NCBI GenBank assembly: GCA_051942245.1
Contig: JAVECL010000014.1
Location: forward strand, 62,001-112,992
Length of the DNA: 50,992 bases
Reading direction: 5' to 3'
Source of the DNA: Trypethelium eluteriae
Lineage: Eukaryota
The notes beneath the pieces are model-generated. The model ran no database searches and was not told the origin of the DNA. It saw nothing but the letters and a program-made list of their open reading frames with translations. The first letter of the stretch is position 1. Each line of letters starts with the position of its first letter. This document shows positions 9,734-22,120 of the stretch, one piece after another. The translations under genes were made by a program, and so were the position numbers.

Positions 9734-10435
9734 TAACACCATTTTGGAGCGCCAAGAAGTGAAGGTTGAAAGCGAGGATCTCGAATATAGCGGTCTGGAC
9801 CGGCTAAGTTCACATTAGGCCAGAGGCTCTGCTTCACAGTAGAGCCGAATAGACCCAAACAATGCTTGAGATGTGCGGATTGGAGGTTTCCACGGCTCCC
9901 TATACTGTCCTTCCGGAAGCGTCCGTGGGCCTTGAAGCGAGGTGTTTAGCTGTGCCAATTCCGCAAAATTTGCTGAAGCAAGTCGCATAGCATAGGTGGT
10001 GAGTCCGAAGGGTTTCTCGGAGATGTCATAGTGAATAATACGAGACTGAGAACGCCGTCCATTAGCTACATTATTAGCTCAATCGCGAGTATCGACTGAA
10101 CAGGTAATTATAATCGAGTATCATGACTCGGATTCGGTTGTGCTGACTACCCCTACGATTTTTGCACGGCAAACTTACACAACTTTACACCACTACCAAC
10201 AATCGGGGCGGCGGCGGCGATTAGGGCTCCCGCTCCAAATTCCGAAGCGCATTCATTCGTCTAACAGTTGTCATGCTAAGCCGTTTCTGGAAATACCCTC
10301 GAAGCATCTGCATGTTCGGCCTTCAAAATGTATCCAAGTAATTGCAGAATACAATGTCTTCTCTTCGACCCAAGGACCTGAAACGAGCTCACTAATCGAG
10401 TTGATCTTATTTATCAGTCTATTCCTCTCTGTCTT

Positions 10436-10442
10436 TATAAAA
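10436..10442 (+). promoter_or_regulatory. Putative TATA box of AKR gene
   Basis: TATAAAA about 90 nt upstream of ATG 10527. Confidence 0.5.
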
Positions 10443-10526
10443 GGTTTCAATGCGTGAGGGTGCTGTGGACAGTATCGGAATTTCATAAACCTTTACCTTG
10501 GATTTTGAGATTTGCCTACTAAGGCC

Positions 10527-11726
10527 ATGGCTGCTCGACCAATTCCTGATTCGATACAAAATAACTTGAATGATACCAAAGTCGAATATGTGCAGCTCGG
10601 CACTTCTGGGCTGCGAGTGTCATCTCCAATCCTTGGTGCCATGGGCATTGGGAGCAAGAAGTGGATGAATATGGTAATTGAAGAAGACGAAGGCCTGGAG
10701 CTATTGAGATTAGCTTGGGAAAGAGGTGAGTGAGACAACGCAAGGTGCTGAGAGCTCGCAATTAAGTCATCGATAGGCGTCTCAACCTGGGATACCGCCA
10801 ACGTCTATTCCAACGGTATCAGCGAGGAGATCATTGGAAAGGCGATCAAAACATTCGGGATACCTAGACACAAGCTTACTATCCTGACCAAATGCATGGG
10901 GACCGTCCCTGAGGATCCGAGCATTTTCAACTGGCCTCTGGAGCCGCAGCTGCAAAAGAGTAAAGAGTACATTAATCATGGTGGTGAGTTGCTCTGTACC
11001 ACAGTGTAGGACACATTTCCAAAAGTCCTTTAGCTAATTATCTGTACCTGAGTAGGTCTATCCCGTGGCGCGATTTTCAGAGCGGTCAATGCCTCGCTCA
11101 AACGTCTTGGCACAGACTACATAGACCTTCTTCAGATTCACCGGTACGATACTTCGGTCTCTCCAGAAGAAACAATGAAGGCGCTTCACGACCTTATCCA
11201 AGCCGGCAAGGTCCATTACATCGGCGCAAGCTCCATGTGGGCGTATCAATTTGCCCGAATGCAGTCCGTGGCAGAGATGAATGGCTGGACAAAGTTTGTG
11301 AGCATGCAGAATCAATACAATCTCTGTTATAGGGAGGAGGAGAGGGAGATGAACAAGTTTTGCAATGAAACTGGTGTTGGTCTAATCCCATGGAGCCCCT
11401 TGTTTGGAGGTTTGCTGTCAAAACCAATTGGCGTCGAGACTGCGAGAAGCAAGCTAAGCCTTGCTTTCAGTGGCGGACTTACGGATGCAGATGAAAAGAT
11501 CATTAAACGTGTCCAAGAGATTGCCAACAGAAAAGGGTGGAAGATGAGCCAAGTGGCACTGGCTTGGCTTAGAGGAAAGGGTTGCATTCCTGTCGTGGGC
11601 TTGAACAGTACCAGCATAGAGAGGCTTGACGAGACATGCGCTGTACGAGACATGAGGCTGACTGTCGATGATTTGAAGTATCTAGAGGAGCTGTATGTTC
11701 CAAAGCCTGTCAATGGGCATTCCTAA
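10527..11726 (+). CDS. Aldo-keto reductase (aryl-alcohol dehydrogenase / versiconal hemiacetal acetate reductase-like subfamily)
   Basis: Introns 10726-10776 and 10984-11055. LGTSGLRVS; WDTANVYSNGISEEIIG; ILTK; LGTDYIDLLQIHRYD; GKVHYIGASSM; SMQNQYNL; IPWSPL. Catalytic D-Y-K-H present. Confidence 0.92.
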
Positions 11727-12231
11727 GGGATTTCGCGAAGAAGATGGGTCAAAGGATGGATGTTGTCGGGACTGTACTGCAAACTGCCATATCGTACAGG
11801 CAGGCGCCGCATTGTGACATAATCAGGTTTAGCAGAACACCAGTAAGATCTATCTACGAGGTTAGAAAGAGCTTTCAATAGGAGATCGAAAAAGAATCTT
11901 TGAGATCTCCTTGAGATGCTGTTCTAGATCCATATAACCGAAGAAGATCCCAATCATTTTTTAAGCCAGAGGCAGTATTTTAAGTCTTGGTGTAGCCCGA
12001 CATTTCTTGATGCACCCATTCACCCATTGGTGGCATCCTGCCCCACCACTACTCTACTCTAAATACCTAACTCTATCGTACCGTGCGTACCTACAATGTA
12101 GCCCCACTAAAGACCACTGACGGCCTTAAAATCACCAAAATTCGCAACCATGTCCTAATCGCCTACATAATTTCTGCTGACTTTGTAGCCGTTTGGATTA
12201 TTCGAAGGCTTCGCTTCCCCAAGACTTCGCA

Positions 12232-14333
12232 ATGACCGCTACCGACCTCAGCTCCCTCTTGCGCCGCACTTCCATCGATGACCATGAACAAGTACTTTCC
12301 GCGGCAAACAGCGTCCTGAAGAAGTCCTCAACCGACATCGACGCATTGCATGCAAAAGTCGTCGCCCTTCTGCACCTTGACCGTTTCGAGGATGCCCTTC
12401 GCGCTCTTGAGATCAGCGGACAGGAATTGCAGGACCGAGCACGGTTAGAACATGCGTATGCTTTATACAAGGCTGGAAAGCTCACGGATGCACATCGAGT
12501 GATTGGCGAGGATCCCGGGACAAGAGGTCTCCAACATGTACAAGCGCAGACCTTTTATCGTGCAGAAGAATTCGAATCAGCCAAGCAGGTATACACAGAC
12601 CTCGCTAGTAATGTGTCCACGACAGCAGGGGAGGAAAATGACCTAAGAATTAATAGTAGAGCCGTCGATGCGCAATTGGCGTGGTCTCAGAGGCATGTAT
12701 CAGTGGCAAGGAAGAAGTCATGGAAGGAAGATCTAGAAGCGTTTGAGACAACTTATAATGCTGCTTGTGGGTGTATTGCTAGAGGAGAGCTGAGCCAGGC
12801 TGAGATCCTCCTTAAAAGGGCAAAGGGTACGTCTGTTAATATGATTGGGAGATAGTGCTGAATAAATTGATGGAACATAGATCTCTGCAATGCGTCGGAG
12901 GATTTGTTGGAAGAGGAAAAGCAGGCAGAGATTTTGCCAATCGCTGTCCAGCAGATATACGTCCTCTATCTACTGGGCAAGACAGATGAGATTGAACACA
13001 TACAAACCGCGCTCAATAGCTCCGAGTGAGTCAGTCAATCATTTGGCAAGAGCAGATACTAACCCTGATGAGCATTGCGGATCCGTCGATTCAACACATT
13101 TTTCAGTTGAACAATATCGTTATGCAAGCAAATGTGGCGAACCCATACTTAACACAACGTTTGTTCCAAGAGTCTGAACAGCATCTGATCAGCGAGAAGC
13201 CTTTCGAATTTCAATCATCGCTTTTGAGAGAGAATGCTCATGTCGTGGACTTGCTGTCGCTGAAGCATGACGGCGTGAGTAGGTCAACTTCAAAAGCAAT
13301 AACGACACAGGCTGCTCCTACAGTCTCAAGCTCGATCAATTCTCTGTCCGTACTCAATGCTGCTGCCCAGGCAAAGAGCGAAATAGGCAGGGCTGGAATC
13401 AAACGTCTTCTTCCAGTATTACAGGAGCGACCGAACGATGTTGGCCTTCTTCTCACAATCGTTCAGCTCTATGTCTCGACCAATAATCTTGAATCTGCTA
13501 TCAGCCTTCTCGAACCATTTTTCAAACGATTCGAAGAATCTGAAACTGCATCACTTCAAGACGTCCGCTTCACACCTGGTTTAGTTGGTATTCTCGTAAC
13601 ACTTTATTCCCTCCAAGGCCGCAAATCACATGTACGCACTGAACTCACTAAAGCAACATCTTACTGGAGGAGAAGGTCAAAACACGAGCCTCTGTCGTCG
13701 CTACCAAAAAGTCTTCTTTGCGCTACAGGTGTGACACTGCTTGAGAATGGTACGGGCGAGGATCTCTCCACTGCAATAGAAATCTTTGGTGAGCTTCACA
13801 CTCAAGACCCTTCGGATCGTTCTATAGTTGCCGGTCTTGTGGCGGCTTCCGCAGCTGCACAAGAAGAATCTCAGAGAAACCAGATTAGTGATGACATCCT
13901 CTCGAACTTGACGCCCATTCCGCAGCTCACCGCCACGGTTGACGTGGACGCGCTCGAATTCAAGGGCATCCCGCGACCTGAGACCTCTTCCGTCACAGCC
14001 AATGCATCGACATTAAAGAAGCGCAAAATCGAAGAACCACGACCTCATGAAGAGAAAAAACTCCGCAAATCCAAAGTTCCAAAGGACTATGATCCGGCAC
14101 ATCCACCGAAACTAGATCCAGAAAGGTGGTTGCCGATGAAGGAAAGGAGCTATTGGAAACCGAAGAAGAAGCGAGGAAAGGGCGGTGGAGCTGCGCAGGG
14201 GGCTACGCAAGGTGGTTTAGCTGTAGAGGAGAAGGACAAGGGAAGAACACAAGATGCGAAGCCAGCTGTGGGTAGTGGTGGCGGGGGAGGAGGAGCAAAG
14301 AAGAAAAAGAAAGGAAAAGGTACCAAATGGTGA
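12232..14333 (+). CDS. SRP72: Signal recognition particle subunit SRP72
   Basis: Introns 12827-12880 and 13026-13072. TPR-like N-terminus (KVVALLHLDRFEDAL, LEHAYALYK); C-terminal DPERWLPMKERSY RNA-binding motif; Lys-rich tail. Confidence 0.93.
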
Positions 14334-14461
14334 TGAGGATGGTCAAAGAGATCATGATCCCGGGTACAGAAGCTTCACATGCAAGGATATCTGACGAGTC
14401 CTTGGCCGAGTTGAATTACTGATAAACACTCCAACATGCCTGGAAGCTGACTTTTGAGTGC

Positions 14462-15334
14462 TTAATCCTTTCTTTTGCCCTTTTCATCGACCAAAGTTTG
14501 TGATTTCCTGGTGATCATCGCTCTACCAAGGGTTCCATACGCCTCATATAGGATCCAGAAAGGGATGAAGACCCACAACATATTGAAGAAGAACAGATAT
14601 ACCCACATGAACATGAAATTCGAACCATCCAGATTCGTATTTCCAGACAGCCATTCCGGCGCGAAGGTCATGAAACCTGCAATGCAAGCCCATCAGTCAA
14701 AGCCATTGAGAGGAAGATGGTGATGAAAGAATCAGTAGTACTTACCACCATACAACTCGCCTACTGCCAACCAGCCAGCCCAGATCCAAACTCGCTGATC
14801 TCCTTTGACACACAAATAACAAATATATGCTGCCAGCGGAGCTCCAATTCCCACAGTCAACAGCTCCAGACTCACTACCGTCAGGTCAGCACCCCCCCAA
14901 CGGGCATCCGCCTTGGCATACTCCCTCCACAATGCACTCATTGGATTGATCCCATAGAAACTGCCATACAGCCGGTCACTCCGTCCTAGAAAGTACACAC
15001 CCGGCGGCGTGAGCAGCTTGTGACCCGTCGCGATGGCATCATTCCAGGCGCGCCCATGCCAGGAAGCTGGATGCGAAATGCTGACATCTTCAAGGGGCGC
15101 TGGGAGGGCGAGGTATGTGAAGAAGCAGTTGTAGAGGAACGAGCCCTCGAGGAGGGTGTGGATGAGGGCGTCAAAGGCATGCCAGATGAAGAGGATGCGG
15201 ATCTGGGGGGGCGTGTTGACGGCGGAGAGTAGCCGGACAGATAGGAGGTAGGCTGTGGTAAGAATAGCAAGGGTAGAGAGGAGCGACAAGATAGTAGTTG
15301 AGTCGATGATGATGCCAGAGTCTGTAGAAGCCAT
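14462..15334 (-). CDS. Emopamil-binding protein (EBP/EBPL, sterol isomerase-like) family membrane protein
   Basis: Intron 14677-14745. WHAFDALIHTLLEGSF; LWREYAKADARW; VVSLELLT; ELYGGFMTFAPEWL; WVYLFFFNMLWVFIP. Confidence 0.88.
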
Positions 15335-16583
15335 CGTGCGTAAATCGGAGCTCTTTGGGCAGATGGAGCTCGGTACGACAGGACTCTCGATGGGATGTGA
15401 AGTAACAATTAGGCTTGCGTGAATCCTAACAGGATAAAAATCATGGTAGTTTTAGGTGAAGACCATGATCGTGGTACAGGTTCGAATCATTCGGGTCCTG
15501 CGCAGTCTGGAGTCACAAGCCTTTCATGAAGTAGGTACAGCAAGGAAATTTGGAGGAAGCTTCTGAGTCTCGAAGCACGAGCCGTCTCAAATTTAACGAT
15601 CAGGTATGGACCCAAACCTCAAGTATCTGTCGGCTTCTCGTGGGCTCACCGAGGGGCGAGCCTACGGCTTTGCGTATTTATTCTCTATTTGTCATTCTTC
15701 CGGGATTCTTAGAAAGACAATCTCTTCGCTCTTACTCAAATACTCTAATAATACGGCCAAATACGTAGTAGAGCAAGCTTATGCATGGCTCATCTGAAGC
15801 TGCAACGTCACACCCTGCCAGCAGTCCCACATCAAGTATGAAGAATTGTGTCTAATAGTCATTGCATTGCGTGTCATGCACCATAACCGTGTGTACATCT
15901 ACTCCTATACTCGCCTAAAGCGCCATACTGTCCTAAAAGCATGTCTTGTATCCATGGCTTCTGGCTCGAATAAGAAAACAATTGAAACTTCAGGTCCCAA
16001 GAACACGAGGCCCGTTTCAGCAACGCTCAAAGCAAAGCATAGCAATCGCTGAAGAAACGGCCAATGAAGGACGATGCAGCAGTAGAAGCAAGCGTCAAAA
16101 GGACAACAAGACCCAAGTCAAACCAAACTAAAGCCAATTGTCAATAAAGCAGAGCCTGGTGAATCACACTTTTGCCGCTTGAACCTCCCATAGAACAGTA
16201 GAAGGAAGCAGCGACCGATGCCAAAACCCAAGAACAGCGGACCGAATAAATTCGACTGAGAGGTAAAGTCGAGGCAAGAAGGAAACCCACGCAGAACAAA
16301 ATCATAAAAACCATCTAGGATCCATAGCGCCGCGCCAAACACCGTGTCTGTAGAAAAGACATGCAAGAATCGCTAGCAATCAGGTGCAAATGCAGAGGGA
16401 TAGTTTTCCTTCGATTAGTGGACAGCGCCTGTCAGCAGGGCCTCACACCCTATATGAACCCATCACTATCCTTTGAGACCGATCCCATAGTCATTGTGGG
16501 TGACTTATCAATGCGTCACCGTCATCATCGTCATCAGAGTATATTCGTCAAAACAATCCGACTAGTGTAGGGCTTCATCCCTA

Positions 16584-18933
16584 TCAGACGCCAATAGCTC
16601 TTGGAGTATGAGCGTCATTAAACATGCCTTGGGAATGGTACGGATAGCCGAATGACGTTGGGGAAGTCGCACGGGATCCATGTAAGGGTACAGGAGACGC
16701 TGAACGAGCCATGACTGAGGCAGCAGCTCCATGAGTGGTTGGTTTTCCATCACTGCTTCCGTCAAAATGTGAAAAGGGCTCCTTAGAGCACTGAGGTGAG
16801 TCGGCTCCAGAACTCTTTGAATGGCAATCCGAGACCGATTCATCGTCGCCAGTACCATCGTTCTGTTGCACAGCTTTAGTCTGAGTCGTCGCTGTTTGCG
16901 AAGGTTTTGCAGAGCCAAACTGAAACTGACCGTTAGCGACCTAATACTGATTTCTCCGGACCCCTGACATCCTGAGGTGAACGTACGAAGCAATATTTCT
17001 GAATTAATTCGTGGTACTCCATCGAGTTCTGAGCATGCTTCTCGGAGGAAACAGCATCCGGCCTTGGTGCAGGTGTCATTTCAGATGATCTGACTGGAGG
17101 TGAGGTTATTTTGGGTGTTTTGGGCAATTCTTGGTTTCCAAAGTATCCGTGGTCCGGCTTAGGTGTCGTCTTCGGCTTCAGGCCACTTCGATCCCCCATG
17201 GCAGCGTCGACATTTCTCAAAGAAGCTGCGAGGGAAGCACCAAAGTCGTACCGCGCAGCGAAAGCCGCATTCTGGCCGGTAGTGTTTGGTGTGGTAGATG
17301 TCTTGACATTTTGACTCTTTCTCTTCAGCTTAATGGAACCAGAAGTGGATTCGTTAAGCCCCGGAGACCCAAACTTAAACTTGTCGTCATTAAACGCGCT
17401 GGCGAAATCGTCATCGAGAGAAGCGGGCATGGAGCGTGGTCGTGACGTGGCGGGCGGAGAATGTCGGCTGCGTGGAATGGCGTTCAATGGACGAGAGCCA
17501 AGTCCTTGAATTCCACCCTTGGGAGTAGCCTTGATAAATTTCTTCGCAAAATCCACCTGGAAATTTGCGTTGTTGTTATTGTCCCAGAACTCTTCCCCGT
17601 CAACGCTGTATCGCGCACAAAGAAGCAATGTCTTTGCTTCCAAGTTGGCTTGGTCAGCGAGCTTGATGTTGAAACTGAATCTGTCATAGCCGTCCTTGAC
17701 CTGATTTTTCCCTATATCATCGTTATATTCAGCCACGATTTCCGAGGTGGTCTTCCAGTAATCGAAAGTAAACCGGGCAACGACGAGCTTGTGGAAAGCA
17801 ATATTGGCGACAGCAACACAGCCAATCAAAGTTTTCTGGTCCGTGGACAGGAATATCCTCTCAACTCGCACGGGTTGAGTATTTCGAGAGTAGGACTCGC
17901 TTGGGAAATTGGCGAGTTTAATCTCCCATTCCGTGCGTCGGGACTCGGGGCCATCGCCATGCCCAAATGGATATTCCGACTCGCTCTCGCAAGTTTCGAC
18001 CGGCGAAGAACCCGCACTCACAGCAATCGGTCGGTCAACCTGAAGGAAGTGTCGAACCTGTTCAATGTCCTCATTGAAATGAACTGCTTTGGAATAGGTA
18101 GGCGTGCCAGGCATGCTCGAATATCGTCTACGAGAGGAGGGTCGGAGGGCAGGCTTGACAAGCTCGCCACTCTTCTTTCGAAGTAGAGGCGGTTTGCGAC
18201 CATCGCTGTCTTCCTCACTTTCATCAGAGGTTCCAAGGGGGGAGTCGGCATCGTGAACGGGCGGACTCGAAAAAGTATTTTCCGAGGTTGATCGAGAGTG
18301 GGAGATTTTCCTGGCTTCTGGGGTCAATGCTGGTCGTTGCAGAGATTGTGGACCTGCCGAAGAGTCTGGTGGTGTCGTCGAATTCGTCGAGTCGCCTCTG
18401 GTTACCAAGGTCAGACCGCTGATCATTTTCTGTATATCTTCGGCTCTTGTCGGAGACCCGTCCTTCTTCAATCCAATACTCCGACGAACCGCTTCTTGCA
18501 ACTCGGCCAAGTTGACCAACCGCTCTCGCCCTCTTCGGCCTGTCGACTCTTCGTCCTCGGAGCTTCCGGAAGAATCTGGTGGCGACAGGATGGCTCCATT
18601 TGGGATGGGAGCATCCGTCAAGGGAGGCGGAGACTGTCGAATGCTATCACTTGGTGGCAGGACTGCTTGCTCGCTTGTTGACTCAGAACACGCACTGTCC
18701 AAGGCACTCGTTGTGATTGAGGATTGTTGGCTATTCTGGCTAGAAAGGGAAGGAGATCGGCGATGCTTTTGGAGGTACTCTCGTGATGAGACAGAGCGAG
18801 GCAAACCGGGTCGTGCCGAAGAAGAGGACAAGACTGCTGGGGAGTCTTCAGAATATGAGTTCGAGCGGCTAGCGTTTGGGGTTGAGGCTTTGGAGGATGC
18901 AGGGGACTGCGATACCGGCGGCGTATAAGGCAT
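16584..18933 (-). CDS. GAC1: Glycogen-targeting protein phosphatase 1 regulatory subunit (Gac1-like, CBM21)
   Basis: Intron 16920-16986 joins QKYCF to FGSAK. RKKSGELVKPAL; RVxF-type motif KAVHF; CBM21 (VAVANIAFHKLVVARFTFDYWKT...YDRFSF...EFWDNNNNANF). Confidence 0.88.
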
Positions 18934-21900
18934 CCCTCGAAACCGAAATGAGGGAGCAAGAAGGATCGGGGTTGGATGTGGCAGATTTCAGACTCTCAAG
19001 ACCATTACCCAGGATTAATAAGTGGAGAATTGCTATTGGTGACAGACGGTCAGCAGAGTGGTGATAAGGGCGAGACAGAGGGACTGTTGACGCGGCACGC
19101 ACACAGTGATTTTAAGAGATGGGCTTACCAAAAAGAAATAGCAGTCGAGCGGCTTGTCAACAAGACGTCGGCAATCTGAAATGAAAAATTAGGGTGTAGG
19201 CTACAACGATGAAAAAGACACAGCTAGTCAAAGCTGTGAACCGTCGAGCCGAACAATTGCAGATAGCAATGAGGTAGGACTCGAGCTGCAGTCACTTCAG
19301 GGTCGCTGCAGGGCAGATGTGAAGGAAAGCAAGGCCGGCGGCTTCCGGTATATCTCAACGTGCGGCGTGCCTGCTTTGCGTGGTCGGGGCGGGCTCTGAC
19401 TTGATAAGCTCTGCCGCCACCCTGCCTGTCTGCCGTGAATAGTCCAACGCCGGGAATCCCGCCTCTATGAATGCGGTAGGCTGGCAATGGCCTGAGGCGA
19501 GGGGGGGGGAAAGAGTGGCAGGAGATGGTTGAGAGGGAGAGGGAAAAGGTGGGAGAAAAAGAGTGTTGTGTTGGTGAGAGAGGTGAGCCAGACAGGCTTT
19601 TGCACGAATCCGGATTGGGGTCAGAAGTTCAAGGACAAGGTGCTAGACAAGGTGGGCTCACTTCTGGTTACTGTTTGGGTCCGAGCGCTTCGCTACAACT
19701 ACCTAAGCGTGCTAAGGTCCTCCTACTGCTCTTTTACCTCGAGCATTCGACACCGCCGGGGCAGGTACTCTGTACACTCGAAAGTACCATGCAGGTTATG
19801 GCGTGTGCCATGGCGAGCCAAGGATGGTACGGCGGCTTACATTTGCTGCATCTTCGGGTTGGTTTGGCGATACGCGGCCTCAACAAAGTTAGGAAAGTCT
19901 AGGAGGGCACAGGGTTTTTTGGCGGGGAGGAAGACGGCGTCGACAGCTGCAGAAGGCGCCTTGTCCCGCTGTCGCTAGGAGGTGGGAGATTGATGGAAGC
20001 TAATTGGGCTACCATGTAAAAGATGGCCGATACCTCCGTGTACTTTCTTTGAACCCACCAGAGTCAAAGAACAAAGCCACATTTGCGCCTCAGCCCTGTA
20101 CGAAGCGACGCTCTCGATGAAAACTCGTTAAGGCTGTCTTGACACCGTAAGCACAGCATCTAAGCAGAATGGTTTCTAAATCTCGATGACGAGTGGGAGT
20201 CGGCAGGGATGACGGGCTTATCTTACCTGTACGGAGTACACCGAGTATGTACTGGCGCTGGTTAGTACTTCTTATTGCATTGTGTTGTGCTTGCCGCTTA
20301 GGTACCGACCCCGCAACAATACTTTCGCCACAGACGTACGCACCTGGTACGTTAGCCACGGACTTGCGCCTCCTGTTGACTTGCTGTGGCTGATCAAACG
20401 ACTCGGACCGCGCGCAACCTTCCCACTTCTTCATTGTCCCTTTCCTAAGTGCCAGCCCCAGCTTTGCTCTTACAGGCCACCAGGCTCAACAACAATAACA
20501 ACAATGCCAATAATACTCCGTAATGCCCAAGATTGCCGTCATGTAGAAATGAAGTCCGTTCGTGAGTTGTTCTACCCAGTCATCTCCCCACACAGAGACT
20601 TGTCGGCGACATTGTTGCCTCTTGCTTCTTTGCAGCGCTGAAGGATCTTGACGTACAGAAAAGTGCGCCACAGTCATCGGTCGAAGTCGGAATCGTAATG
20701 GTTGAGAAGGGCGGTCAGCGCTCAACAGTGACAATGCCTTCACACCTCGGGTCACAGCATCCGAGTACTACCTAGCAGGCCATGAAACCTCCTGGCCGCT
20801 GACGGCCATGTTCATAAGACTTTGCGCCTAGCCGAGCCAATCCTTTTGGATTGTGGAGAGGCGTCTTGTCGCGCCTGCAAGCTCATCACTTACGCGAGCC
20901 GGGCATAGGGGTAGCCATACACCGTCAAGGCGCATCAATGGCCAGCGCAGAATATCATTTGGGAGGCGCTAGAGAGAAGTTTAGAGGAATAAGGCAATTC
21001 AACGTATTTGGCAAAGAATCTTTGTAGCCCAGTGGATAAGAGAAACGCCCTCTAAGATTTGTTCCTTAGGATGAGCGCAAGATGGATTATGTCTGAGCAC
21101 TCATGCCAGGCATCAGGTGCAGGCTGGTGGTGAACTCCGTATTACTGTTCCGCGCCTCATCAGTCACTGCTGCCAATATTGTTTGCTTTAGGGGCCGTCC
21201 CTAATGAAATTGCTCGTGTAAAACGTGACATTGAACTCCAAAAGCAGAAATAGAATAGCCGGTTTTGTACTGCTTACTGCGCTTCTTGCAGGACAGCCAT
21301 CAAATGCAGGAATATACGTATTGACCTGGCGGCTGAGCAGGGGGTCAGGAGCAATACCGTTGGTCGGGAAGATCGGCAAATTAGTCGGACGATTCTACTT
21401 GATTGGTAGGTATAGGTAGGGTGAGGGGCGCAGGGGCTTCAATGAGGTACAGCTGCTAAGTGGGGCACTGATTGCTGACTAGTACGGAATGCTGTGGGTT
21501 GAACGAGGCGTATGTAACATATCCCGACAAAAGCAGAGGCGCAGGCAATAGACAACATATACCTTCTACCTCACGCATTCCAGCAGAATCTCAAACTCGA
21601 AGCTTGGAGCTCGAGCTTTAGGATTGGAGAAGGTGATGTTTCGAGAATCGACTCAACCATGGATCTCCGGAGACCCAACGCAGAGTCGCTACCGTACCAT
21701 ATTTTGTAAGCAGTCAAGACCCTTAAGCACTAGCTGCACTTCTCCTGGAGCAGTCTCAGATAGCTCGTACACTCCATGTACCTTCTTTATGGCTGTGAGT
21801 ATCAGTACGTACCTAGGTAGGTACCTATAGCTGGGCGATAAGACCAATGCGCCAACCGTGGGCCAGAACACCAGTAGACAGGGATGAGGTAAGGACCCTG

Positions 21901-22099
21901 ACTCTCCTGCCGCCCACCATCAGAAACTAAGCTGACAGTCGTCTTGAATTGCAAAGGACCCTGTCTAGACCGCAGGAGTGGCAACGGTAATAATGGAAAC
22001 AAGATCTCCCCCAGAACCACCTCAAAATGTTACATTAACGAGGTACGGGGTTGGACCGAAGCTCTGTGGGCTAATGGGGAAACTTGGAGACACATTCTC

Positions 22100-22120
22100 C
22101 ATCATCATCACCATCATCAT
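22100..22120 (+). repeat. Imperfect (CAT/CAC)7 microsatellite
   Basis: catcatcatcaccatcatcat. Confidence 0.8.

Noticed and set aside
15440..15488. Hairpin (ATCATGGT/ACCATGAT) followed by B-box-like GGTTCGAATC, possible tRNA
   Set aside because: No T-stem pairing, acceptor stem or cloverleaf could be built. tRNAscan-SE would be decisive.
16562..16993. 143-aa ORF as last exon of the Gac1-like gene or a separate gene
   Set aside because: Splicing at 16986/16920 leads into the other frame, which ends at 16584.
17461..18186. 241-aa antisense ORF
   Set aside because: Lies wholly opposite the conserved CBM21/RVxF region with no recognisable features; antisense shadow.
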